Shown here piece after piece: positions 26,377-35,256 of a stretch of 64,000 nt of DNA (position 1 is its first letter; each line of letters begins with the position of its first letter). A program made the position numbers and the translations under genes. The notes under the pieces are model-generated. The model saw nothing but the letters and a program-made list of their open reading frames with translations, was not told the DNA's origin and ran no database searches. The stretch is from a candidate division WOR-3 bacterium (lineage in GTDB: Bacteria > Hydrothermota > Tepidihabitantia > Tepidihabitantales > Tepidihabitantaceae), in contig CBFGIT010000001.1 in NCBI GenBank assembly GCA_965648905.1, positions 32,001 through 96,000 of the forward strand, in the 5' to 3' direction.

Positions 26377-29300
26377 CTAGCGCTGGAGCACGAGTTTCTG
26401 ACTGACTGAGTAAACGCCTGCGTTCAGACGCACCGTGTATACGCCGGCACTCAAGCCACGCAGGTCGAGCGGCAATGACGAAGTCCGAATGCCGAATGAC
26501 GAGCGGAGGACGCGGCGGCCTGAGGCGTCGTAGATGCTGATGCTCGGGACACGATCCGAAATGCCGGGCACTTGGGTCATGTCCCAGCACAGCGTGGCGA
26601 AGCCGGAGCGGAGCGGGTTGGGCGTGATGGTGAACCCGGCCGGTCGCCTATCGAACGCCGAGGCCAGTACGCCAGACCGGGCTGCCCGGCCCGTGGCCAG
26701 GGGCAGTACGGTTGAGCCCGGTGTGTACATCCAGAACTCCTGGGTCTTGTTGCCCTTGAGCGCAAAGCACATGCCGGATCGGCCTGATACGTAGGGCGTG
26801 ATGTCGCCGCCGAGCTTGACCTTCTTCTTCTTGCCGGTCGAGCCAAGCTCGGGCATCGCTTCCTGTTCCTGCCAGGAGTCGGCGGCAGCCAGGTATTTCC
26901 ACAGCTCGGTTGTGTTACCGCCTTTGAGCGCGTAGACGCCGTCGTGCAACCACGCACCGGCCGCGCCGTCTTTCGACTTCTTGGACTTGCCCAGTCGGCC
27001 GATGAGCGGCATGCCCGGCCGATTCGGACCCCAGGCATCGTCGATGATGTCATAGGCGAAGAGGACGTGATACTTGGCCTGGTGCACAAACACGGTCCGG
27101 TCGTCGTCATAGACCGCAAACGAGCCCGGGCCGAGCTTAAGTACGGGCGCGGGAATTGAGGCAAGTGGAGTCCAAGAGTCACTCACCGGGTCATAGCGGT
27201 AGAACTCGTTCTTGTCGCCCTTGACAAGGTAGACCTTGCCCTGGGCATACGCGACATCAGCGCCGCCTTTGACCCGCCGGTTTGAGGTGCCGAGCGGGAC
27301 CGGCTCAAGGGCTGACCAGGAGTCGTGTGCCGCATCGTACCGGTAGAAGCCCTGGGTGTTGTTGCCTTTGACCATGTAGACCAGGCCGTTACCGTCAGCG
27401 CAGGCATTGGCGCCTTTGCCGACCAACTTGTTCTCAACTCCGGCCGGAATCGGGCGGCGTGCGCTCCAGGAGTCGCCGACCGGGTCATAGGCGTAGAAGT
27501 CCGCGGTCTTGCCCCCGGCCGCAGCGTAGACCTTCATCGTTGCCGGCTCACCGACAACAAACGCACCAGCCTTGGCCGCAAGGGGCAGGCGGGCACGTTC
27601 AAGCCAGGGCGGCGGCGGCGGCCCGGTGATGAAGCTGAACTGACCGGTGAGCGTATCGTTGGCCGGGTTACCGTCGTAGGCAACACTGGTCGAGCAACGA
27701 GTCGTGTAGCTGCCTGGATCGTGTGGTTTGGGCAGAGTATCAAAGCCTACCATCACCGAACTGCCCGGAGCCAGACTGGTGACCGTGCGGCTGCTTGAGT
27801 AGATGACCGAGTTGGCCTGGTCCAGAATCCGGAAGAACACGGTCGGCGCAGCGGCAAAGTTGCCCTGGTTGCGCACGGTTGCTGCCGGCACAACGACTGC
27901 GCCGGTATCGACACTGCCGACCGGAGAGTTGATTGCGCTCACGCCCACGTCCACCCGGCCGACGGTGAATGCCTGAGCTAGCGAATCGTTCGCCGGCACT
28001 TGATCACCGCTCATCCTTGAGCGGCAGACCGCAGTGTACGATCCGGTCCAGGCATCCCAGTTCGGGAAGGTCGCGGTTGTATCGACACCCGAGGGCAGAC
28101 CCAGAGGCAGGTCCAGGCTCTCAAGATACGCGGGCGATGAGTTGATGGCGAAGAACAGGCGGACCGGGTCGCGCTGCGTGCCGTAGTTGTGCACGACCGC
28201 GGCTGGCATGGTCGGCCCGGGCGGCACCATGCCTGAGGGCGACACAATCTGCGTTACACCGACATCACGCACCGCAACATAGACCGTGCCAAGCACCGTG
28301 TCGTTCGCGGCTACCATGTCTGCGGCGAGCATGGTCGTGCATCTTGTTGCTAGGGCACCGCGCTGGAGCGCGGTCCAGGACGCAAAGTTCACCGCCTGCG
28401 ATGCACCGGCAGCCAGATTGGTCACGGTCTGGGTGTTCGAGTAGCCAGAGCCGATGTTGAGCCGGACATTGAACGTCGCCGCCTGAGTCCCGTTGTTCCG
28501 GACTGTGGCCTGGGGCGCAATCACTGCGCCCGAATCGACCGTGCCGGTCGGAGCATTGATCGATACTGCCTCGGCGTCGAGCACGCGGACAAACACGTTC
28601 CCGGTCGCGATGTTGTTAGCCGGAACCATGTCACCAGTCAGCATCGTGGTGCATCTTGTCGCCAGAGTGCCGCGCTGGAGCGCGGTCCAGGACGCAAAGT
28701 TCACCGCCTGTGACGCACCGGCGGCCAGATTGGTCACGGTCTGGGTGTTCGAGTAGCCGGAGCCGATGTCGAACCGGACATTGAATGTCGCCGCCTGAGT
28801 CCCGTTGTTCCGGACTGTGGCCTGGGGCGCAATCACTGCGCCCGAATCGACCGTGCCGGTCGGCACATTGATTGATACTGCTTCAGCATCGAGCACGCGC
28901 ACAAGAACTGACCCGGTGTCACGGTCATTAGCCGGGGCAATGTCACCCGGGAGTTCGGTCGAGCATCGCACCACCTGGATACCGCGCGGCCAGTTCGAGC
29001 CGGCCAAGAAGGTCACATAGCGTGCCGTGCCCGGCGCATGAGCGGTGATGGCTGCGATCTGGTTGTAGCTCGACCCGATTCTCATCCGCACCTGGTAATC
29101 AACCGTGCTCGAGCCGTAGTTGTACACTGTGCAGGCCGGAACCACCGACTGGGTCGAGTCGATCGTGCCGGTTGGTACTATGATGCGGCGCACGCCGACG
29201 TCGCCGACCTGGCGGCTGACGTCACCGGTAATGGTCCAGGCAAAGGGCTGGCGCGCGCTCGTTGCCACTTGGAAACCGTAAACCCGGATCGTCCAGACCC

Positions 29301-31308
29301 CGGTCGCCGGTGAGTTGACGCGGACGCACTCCTCAACGTTCAGCGTATCCCAGACAGTCGGGTTCGGCGTTGACTGGCCCCCAGAATACTGGTTGCCGCG
29401 ATAGACTGTTCCGCCCGGAGCAATCACTTCGAGGTTCAGGTTGTTGACCAGGGTGCGCGACGCGCTGGGCGCGGCTGCAGTGTCGGTCCAGGCCAGGGCA
29501 ACTCGCAGCGGAATCGAGGAGTTCACCACGAACTGCTCTTCCTTGTACTGGCCGGTGCTCACGCCCGAGGTGTCGTCTTTGATAATCAGCTTGCGCGTAT
29601 CACCAGCAAAATAGAGCACCGAGTCAGCATCAATCCGGCCCCAGCCGATATCGAAGCTAGGCACGACGTACGACCCGATGTTCGGGTCAGCCGAAGCAAC
29701 GGCCATCGAACGCAGCAGGGCCGCGCTGATATACGAGATGCTGTCAGCCGGGTTCGCAGTTCCGGTCGGATAGTAGCCCTCACGCAGATAGCAGCGCATC
29801 AAACCGACCGTGCCGTTGACTGCTGGCGTTGCCATTGAAGTTCCGGACATCTGCTGGTAGGTATTGGTCCCGGACGACGTCGCCGAGTACAGATTCACCC
29901 CTGGCGCGCAGACCGTCGGCTTCAGCCGATTGTCCGCGGTCGGCCCGCGGCTGGAAAAACTGGCAATGGCGTTCGACGAAGTGCCGTTCTGGGTCGCACC
30001 GACCGTAATCACGTTCTTGGCAATACCGGGATTGCGGATCCGCCGCGTGCTCGTCTCGTTGCCGGCAGCCATGATATTGAGGAAATCCTTGTATACCCAG
30101 GAGTAGTTGTCGGTCGAGGCGTCCATCAGCAGATAGGTTCCGCTCGAGTTGGACCAGCCCCAACTTCCCGAGTGCTGACGAATCGGCCGCAGCGAGTCAG
30201 GCAGACCCCGGCCAAGATAGACCGAGTCCCAGAGCGGAGTCAGGTCATCGCTGATGACGAAGGTCCCGGAGCTGTTGGTCAGGTCAACAAAGTAGAGGCG
30301 TCCCTTGATTGACATGCCATCGTAGTAGCTGGTCCCGCCCGTGACCGAGTCGTCGCCCGCCACCGTGCCGTTGACGTGGCTGCCGTGGTAGGGCGTTTCA
30401 CCCTGTTGTGCGCCCTGATACAGCTTGAACGCAACGACTTTGCGGTGCGTCGGCCATATCCCGGGCGCAGTCACCGACAGGTTCGGGTCACGGAAAAGGT
30501 TATGGCCAAGGTTCAGTCCGGTGTCGGTCGTTGATAGAATCACCCGCTGGCCGCGCACACCTTTCGCCCAGACCTTGCGCGCCGTCATGCTCGTGTCCGG
30601 CGGCGCAGTTGACTGCCAGCCGGTCTGCACGACCCACTGGCAGTTGTTGTTACACAGCTCAGGCTCGGTCCAGAGCTGAACCCAGATAACCTCCTGCAGC
30701 CGGGCAATCGCCGGTATTGCCGAGGCCGGAACCGTCACCGTTATCGACGTGCAGAACTCAGACTCGACCACATCGGCATACGCCGCACCCTGGTCAGCCA
30801 GCACCTGAAGAATGGGTCGGTGCTCCTCGCCCGGGGTCACGACGATGACCAGTTTGACGCTGCCCGAAGCACTAAGCAGTACGTCCTGTAACTTGTACGC
30901 CGGCTGAAACAGACCGACCCAGTGCACCATCGGCAATGCCTGGACTGCGGCCTTCTGGGCCGGTTCGAGCTTGGCCAGAACCGCGTAGCTCGGCAGGTAG
31001 CCGAAAGGCCGGACATCAATTCGCCTGAGCTCCTGATACCACTCCGGCCTTATCGGGCCGTTGAACTGGATGATGTGGTAGGCAGGGCCGGGCTGGTGTT
31101 CGGAAAGCGCCAGCTCCGGCGGGATTGCAGACACGCCGGTTCGGGTATCGACCACGAACCCGTTGGAAAAACTGACTTCGTTCAGCTCATTTCCTGCCAC
31201 CGGGTCAAAGTGCCGCGCCGGGCCCATGCTGTAGTGCGATGACGGTCGGGCAGAACCGTTGCTGGCCAGCGCGCAAAGAACGGACAGGCAAACGACGAGC
31301 GCTTTCAT
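26377..31308 (-). CDS. S8 subtilisin-like protease + P-like domain + CARDB repeats + Kelch-like propeller + T9SS-type CTD
   Basis: Catalytic motifs DTG, HGSHVNGT, GTSMATP; AAGN; SD GGAGG before ATG 31308 (MKALVV signal); C-terminal PNP..IYDASGR..GVY..KLVLQR. Confidence 0.93.
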   Translation of the reverse strand: MKALVVCLSVLCALASNGSARPSSHYSMGPARHFDPVAGNELNEVSFSNGFVVDTRTGVSAIPPELALSEHQPGPAYHIIQFNGPIRPEWYQELRRIDVRPFGYLPSYAVLAKLEPAQKAAVQALPMVHWVGLFQPAYKLQDVLLSASGSVKLVIVVTPGEEHRPILQVLADQGAAYADVVESEFCTSITVTVPASAIPAIARLQEVIWVQLWTEPELCNNNCQWVVQTGWQSTAPPDTSMTARKVWAKGVRGQRVILSTTDTGLNLGHNLFRDPNLSVTAPGIWPTHRKVVAFKLYQGAQQGETPYHGSHVNGTVAGDDSVTGGTSYYDGMSIKGRLYFVDLTNSSGTFVISDDLTPLWDSVYLGRGLPDSLRPIRQHSGSWGWSNSSGTYLLMDASTDNYSWVYKDFLNIMAAGNETSTRRIRNPGIAKNVITVGATQNGTSSNAIASFSSRGPTADNRLKPTVCAPGVNLYSATSSGTNTYQQMSGTSMATPAVNGTVGLMRCYLREGYYPTGTANPADSISYISAALLRSMAVASADPNIGSYVVPSFDIGWGRIDADSVLYFAGDTRKLIIKDDTSGVSTGQYKEEQFVVNSSIPLRVALAWTDTAAAPSASRTLVNNLNLEVIAPGGTVYRGNQYSGGQSTPNPTVWDTLNVEECVRVNSPATGVWTIRVYGFQVATSARQPFAWTITGDVSRQVGDVGVRRIIVPTGTIDSTQSVVPACTVYNYGSSTVDYQVRMRIGSSYNQIAAITAHAPGTARYVTFLAGSNWPRGIQVVRCSTELPGDIAPANDRDTGSVLVRVLDAEAVSINVPTGTVDSGAVIAPQATVRNNGTQAATFNVRFDIGSGYSNTQTVTNLAAGASQAVNFASWTALQRGTLATRCTTMLTGDMVPANNIATGNVFVRVLDAEAVSINAPTGTVDSGAVIAPQATVRNNGTQAATFNVRLNIGSGYSNTQTVTNLAAGASQAVNFASWTALQRGALATRCTTMLAADMVAANDTVLGTVYVAVRDVGVTQIVSPSGMVPPGPTMPAAVVHNYGTQRDPVRLFFAINSSPAYLESLDLPLGLPSGVDTTATFPNWDAWTGSYTAVCRSRMSGDQVPANDSLAQAFTVGRVDVGVSAINSPVGSVDTGAVVVPAATVRNQGNFAAAPTVFFRILDQANSVIYSSSRTVTSLAPGSSVMVGFDTLPKPHDPGSYTTRCSTSVAYDGNPANDTLTGQFSFITGPPPPPWLERARLPLAAKAGAFVVGEPATMKVYAAAGGKTADFYAYDPVGDSWSARRPIPAGVENKLVGKGANACADGNGLVYMVKGNNTQGFYRYDAAHDSWSALEPVPLGTSNRRVKGGADVAYAQGKVYLVKGDKNEFYRYDPVSDSWTPLASIPAPVLKLGPGSFAVYDDDRTVFVHQAKYHVLFAYDIIDDAWGPNRPGMPLIGRLGKSKKSKDGAAGAWLHDGVYALKGGNTTELWKYLAAADSWQEQEAMPELGSTGKKKKVKLGGDITPYVSGRSGMCFALKGNKTQEFWMYTPGSTVLPLATGRAARSGVLASAFDRRPAGFTITPNPLRSGFATLCWDMTQVPGISDRVPSISIYDASGRRVLRSSFGIRTSSLPLDLRGLSAGVYTVRLNAGVYSVSQKLVLQR
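26546..26585 (-). repeat. palindromic element copy in the protease CTD
   Basis: GGGACATGACCCAAGTGCCCGGCATTTCGGATCGTGTCCC on the coding strand. Confidence 0.75.
28311..28903 (-). repeat. tandem 312-nt duplication of a CARDB unit
   Basis: Near-identical blocks offset by 312 nt (e.g. 28369 and 28681). Confidence 0.9.
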
Positions 31309-31458
31309 GGTGCCTCCTGGATTATTGCTCTGGACCGGGTGAAGTAATCCTACCGGGCATACCATGAAGTGTCAAAATCGGCCGGGCCGATGTTGAACCT
31401 CTGCCGGACTTGGCTAGAATCGCTTTCTATCCGCCGAACCTGCCCGAAAGGACCACTC

Positions 31459-32913
31459 ATGCGACCCGTACTGCGCCTGTTATCCGACAGCCTGGTTGAA
31501 CAGGTCCTGGCCGAAGCCCGGACTCTCCTCTGCGGTCTGGGAATGATCGTGCACAACGACGCGGTGTTGCGACTGCTTGGTGAGCACGGTGCCGAAGTTG
31601 ACCTTGCCCGCCACCATGTTCGGTTCAACAACGACATTATCGACTATGGCCTCAAATCCGCTCCCCGCTCATTCAAGCTGTTCGACCTGCTCGGCAACCA
31701 GACCCATGAGTTTGCTGGCGACAACGTCTATTTCACCCCTGGCTCGGCCGCCTTGAATATCCTTGACTCCAGCACCGGCCAGATGCGGCGACCGAAGACT
31801 CCGGACTATGTCGAGTACGTTAAGCTCGTAAGCGGGCTTGACCACCTTGCGGCTCAGAGTACGGCGCTGATTCCTGATGACGTGCCGGAGCGCATCTCGG
31901 ACAGCTATCGGCTGTATCTGAGCCTGCTCTTTGGCGAGAAGCCGGTTGTCACCGGCTGCTTCACTATCGAGTCGTTCGCGGTGATGCGTGACATGCAGGT
32001 CACGGTCCGGGGTTCAATTGAGGCGCTTGCAGCCAAGCCGCTCACCATTTTCTCCTGCTGCCCGACTGCCCCGCTCAAGTGGAGCGATGTTACTTCTCAG
32101 AACCTGGTCGACTGCGCAACCTGCGGCATTCCGGTCGAGTTCATCTCGATGCCTTTGTCCGGGTTCATGGCTCCGGTCACGCTCGTGGGAACACTGGTAC
32201 AGCACACGGCTGAGACCCTGAGCGGAGTAGTCATCAGTCAACTTGCCCGGCCGGGTACGCCGGTCCTCTATGGCGGCTCGCCGGCAATCTTCGACGTGCG
32301 GCGCGAAACCACGCCGATGGGTGCAATCGAGACGATGATGACCGACTGCGCTTACTCGGAAATCGGCAAGCATCTTGGCCTGCCGACCCAGGCCTATATT
32401 TCCTTGAGTGATGCCAAACTGCTCGATGCGCAGGCCGGACTTGAGACCGGGGTCGGCGCAATTCTCGCTGCCCTTTCTGGGATCAACAGCGTCTCCGGCC
32501 CGGGTATGCTCGACTTCGAAAGCTGCCAGAGCCTTGAGAAGCTCGTGCTCGACAACGAAGTCTGCGGCATGGCTGTGCGTCTTGTGCAGGGCATCGAGCC
32601 GAAGGACGACTTTCCAGCGCTGCCGCTCTTTGAGGAGCTGCTCAAAGAAGGTCATCTGCTCATCAGCCGCCATACCCGGCGCTGGCTCAAGACCGAGCAC
32701 TTTTTCCCGGGTCCGGTTATTGATCGCGCCAACCACGGCCGCTGGCTTTCCGAGGGTGCTCTGACTCTGGCTGAGCGTGCCCGGCAGGAGAAAGAGCGTA
32801 TCATCAGTCGCTGGCAGCCGACAAGACTGCCTGAGGATGTGAAGAGAGAGCTGACCCGTCTGATGAGTGCTGAAGCCCGTCGCTGCGGGATGGAGCGCCT
32901 GCCCGCACTGTGA
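31459..32913 (+). CDS. trimethylamine methyltransferase (MttB) superfamily, non-pyrrolysine
   Basis: PL.W, MAPVTLVG.LV...AE.LSG, QL..PGTPVLYGG, D.K..DAQAG.E, GPGML; no in-frame TAG. Confidence 0.92.
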   Translation: MRPVLRLLSDSLVEQVLAEARTLLCGLGMIVHNDAVLRLLGEHGAEVDLARHHVRFNNDIIDYGLKSAPRSFKLFDLLGNQTHEFAGDNVYFTPGSAALNILDSSTGQMRRPKTPDYVEYVKLVSGLDHLAAQSTALIPDDVPERISDSYRLYLSLLFGEKPVVTGCFTIESFAVMRDMQVTVRGSIEALAAKPLTIFSCCPTAPLKWSDVTSQNLVDCATCGIPVEFISMPLSGFMAPVTLVGTLVQHTAETLSGVVISQLARPGTPVLYGGSPAIFDVRRETTPMGAIETMMTDCAYSEIGKHLGLPTQAYISLSDAKLLDAQAGLETGVGAILAALSGINSVSGPGMLDFESCQSLEKLVLDNEVCGMAVRLVQGIEPKDDFPALPLFEELLKEGHLLISRHTRRWLKTEHFFPGPVIDRANHGRWLSEGALTLAERARQEKERIISRWQPTRLPEDVKRELTRLMSAEARRCGMERLPAL

Positions 32914-33632
32914 GAGCTATCTGCCGATTCGCTGCCACCGACTGCATTCCAGACCGGAGAGACGTGCTTTCAGCCGAAGGCATGGCTGGTTCGAGCCCGG
33001 CTTCAGCCGTGACCGAAGAGCTTCTTACCCGCGCCTTGGCCATGTTCAGCGCGAAGGCAACTCCGGTCGGTGTCTACGCCGACATCAGTATTCCAGAGTT
33101 CAGCGCGGTCTTTGCCGGCGAAGGTCAGAACGACCCTGAGGCGCCGCTTCGTAATATCTTCCCGAGAGCAGACAAGCTCGCCTTGTTTGCCTGTACGGTC
33201 GGCCCAGAGCTGAACCGGCAAATAGCTGACCTGTTCGAGCAGCACGAGTACGCGCTCGGGTATGTGCTTGACGCGGTTTCATCCTGCGGTACCGAGCGTC
33301 TTGCCGACCTGGTTCAGGCTGGCTGGGCGCGGGACATGAACGAATTGTCCGACAATTCGTATCGTGTCCCAAGCCCGCTGGTCGCCCTCGCCTACAGCCC
33401 GGGCTACTGCGGCTGGCACGTTTCTGCTCAGCGGCAGCTGTTCCGGTTTCTGAGGCCGGAGGAGATCGGCATCACCCTCAGGGAAAGCTGCCTGATGGAG
33501 CCGCTCAAGTCGGTTTCGGGCGTGTTCGTTCTTGGCCCGAGAGAGATTCACCAGTTCGACAACACTCTTGGTTTCTGCACCGAGTGTCGGTCTGCCACCT
33601 GTCGCGGCCGGCAGCAATCAGCAAAGGAGTAA
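32910..33632 (+). CDS. standalone B12-dependent methionine synthase activation-domain protein
   Basis: FACTVG, YSPGYCGW...Q..LF, IGITL.ESCLM.P.KSVSG, terminal CxxCxxxxC. Confidence 0.85.
   Translation: MRAICRFAATDCIPDRRDVLSAEGMAGSSPASAVTEELLTRALAMFSAKATPVGVYADISIPEFSAVFAGEGQNDPEAPLRNIFPRADKLALFACTVGPELNRQIADLFEQHEYALGYVLDAVSSCGTERLADLVQAGWARDMNELSDNSYRVPSPLVALAYSPGYCGWHVSAQRQLFRFLRPEEIGITLRESCLMEPLKSVSGVFVLGPREIHQFDNTLGFCTECRSATCRGRQQSAKE
33331..33370 (+). repeat. palindromic element copy, in frame
   Basis: GGGACATGAACGAATTGTCCGACAATTCGTATCGTGTCCC. Confidence 0.75.
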
Positions 33633-33633
33633 G

Positions 33634-34269
33634 ATGGAACTACTAGCTCAACTTGGTCAGGCACTGGAGCAGGGCGATGAAGAACGCACTGCCGAACTTG
33701 CCCGGCAGGCGGTCGCAGCCGGCATCCCGGCCAAAGCAATACTCAACCAGGGGCTGATTGCGGGCATGAACAGCGTCGGCGTTCTGTTCCGCGACGGCGA
33801 GATATTCCTGCCTGACGTGCTGCTTGCGGCCCGGGCAATGTATGCCGGACTGGACGTAGTCAAACCTCTGCTCGTCGAACAGAAGGTCGAGCCGCTCGGC
33901 CGGGTTGTCATCGGCACGGTTCAGGGCGACCTGCACGACATCGGCAAGAACCTGGTCGGCATCATGCTGCGGGGCGCCGGGTTCGAAGTCATCGACCTGG
34001 GCAACGACGTTGCACCCGAGCGGTTTGTCGACACGGCGGAAAAAGAAGGCGCACGGGTCATCGGCCTCTCGGCTTTGCTGACGACCACGATGCCGGTGAT
34101 GAAAAAGGTATGCGACCTGGTGACGCAGCGCAACCTGCACGACCGCATCAAGGTCATCATCGGCGGCGCACCGGTGACCGAGGAGTATGCCCGACAGATA
34201 CAGGCTGATGCCTACGGCTTTGACGCCGCAGCCGCAGTCGATCGGGTCAAACAGCTCATGGGGACATGA
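33634..34269 (+). CDS. corrinoid (B12-binding) protein
   Basis: GDLHDIGKNLV (DxHxxG), SALLTTT, IGGAPVT; SD AAGGAG. Confidence 0.95.
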   Translation: MELLAQLGQALEQGDEERTAELARQAVAAGIPAKAILNQGLIAGMNSVGVLFRDGEIFLPDVLLAARAMYAGLDVVKPLLVEQKVEPLGRVVIGTVQGDLHDIGKNLVGIMLRGAGFEVIDLGNDVAPERFVDTAEKEGARVIGLSALLTTTMPVMKKVCDLVTQRNLHDRIKVIIGGAPVTEEYARQIQADAYGFDAAAAVDRVKQLMGT

Positions 34270-34304
34270 CCAAATCTCGCCTGGGAGATTCGGATCGTGT
34301 CCCC
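34260..34304 (+). repeat. palindromic element copy at a gene junction
   Basis: GGGGACATGACCAAATCTCGCCTGGGAGATTCGGATCGTGTCCCC; contains the ATGA start/stop overlap. Confidence 0.8.
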
Positions 34305-35222
34305 GGACCGCTGCTTGCTGACGGCGCGCTCGGTTCGTTGCTGATGGAGCGCGGACTTGCGCCTGGTGAGCCGCCTGAGACGTTTTGCCTTTTTCGACCG
34401 GACGTGCTGACCGAAATCGTGCGCCAGTACGCTGCCGCTGGTGCTAAGGTGTTCCAGGCCAACACGTTTGGTGCTTCGCCCTTGAAGCTCGCCCGTCACG
34501 GACTCGAATCCCGCTGCGAAGAAATCAACCAGACAGCGGTTCGTATCGTGCGCGAAGCAGTAGCCGGCAAAGGTCTTGTCTGGGCCTCAGTGGGCCCGAG
34601 CGGTTGCCTGCTTAAGCCATACGGTGACACCGACCCGGAGCGTGTCTGCAGGAGCTTTCTTGCACAGGCGCAGGCACTGGCTCGGGCCCGGCCTGATATC
34701 GTCGCGGTCGAGACCATGACCGACCTTGCCGAAGCAGTACTGGCAGTCAGGGCAGTGCGCACAGCCATGCCGGCGGTGCAACTGGCAGCAACCATGGTCT
34801 TTGACAAGCGCAGGCGAGGCTTCTTCACGGTCATGGGCAACACGATTGCGGACTGTGTGCAGGCACTGGCTGACGCTGGTGCGAACATGGTCGGCTCCAA
34901 CTGCGGCAACGGTATCGAGACCATGGTACAAATCGCCCGCGAGTTCAGGCAGGTGACCAGCCTGCCGCTTGTAATTCGCCCGAACGCCGGCCTGCCCCAG
35001 GTCACTGCTGGCAGGGACACGGGAGACATGCCCGAATCTCGCCCGGGAGATTCGGATCGTGTCCCCGGAACGCACAAGGTGACGTATCCTGAGACACCGG
35101 AATTCATGGCTGCGCACCTGCCGGAGCTGCTCGAACAGGGCCTGGCGATTGTCGGCGGCTGCTGCGGCACAACACCAGACCACATCCGTGCGTTCCGCGC
35201 CGTGCTCACGGGAATGTCCTGA
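34266..35222 (+). CDS. homocysteine S-methyltransferase family protein (MetH N-terminal domain)
   Basis: DGALG, ANTFGA, ETM, GSNCG, PNAGLP, GGCCGTTPDHI. Confidence 0.93.
   Translation: MTKSRLGDSDRVPGPLLADGALGSLLMERGLAPGEPPETFCLFRPDVLTEIVRQYAAAGAKVFQANTFGASPLKLARHGLESRCEEINQTAVRIVREAVAGKGLVWASVGPSGCLLKPYGDTDPERVCRSFLAQAQALARARPDIVAVETMTDLAEAVLAVRAVRTAMPAVQLAATMVFDKRRRGFFTVMGNTIADCVQALADAGANMVGSNCGNGIETMVQIAREFRQVTSLPLVIRPNAGLPQVTAGRDTGDMPESRPGDSDRVPGTHKVTYPETPEFMAAHLPELLEQGLAIVGGCCGTTPDHIRAFRAVLTGMS
35014..35066 (+). repeat. palindromic element copy, in frame
   Basis: GGGACACGGGAGACATGCCCGAATCTCGCCCGGGAGATTCGGATCGTGTCCCC. Confidence 0.8.
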
Positions 35223-35256
35223 CTGCGGCTGCGGTATATCGCCGCGGAGGTAGTCA

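Noticed and set aside
31459..32913. Pyrrolysine in MttB
   Set aside because: There is no in-frame TAG and the ORF is uninterrupted.
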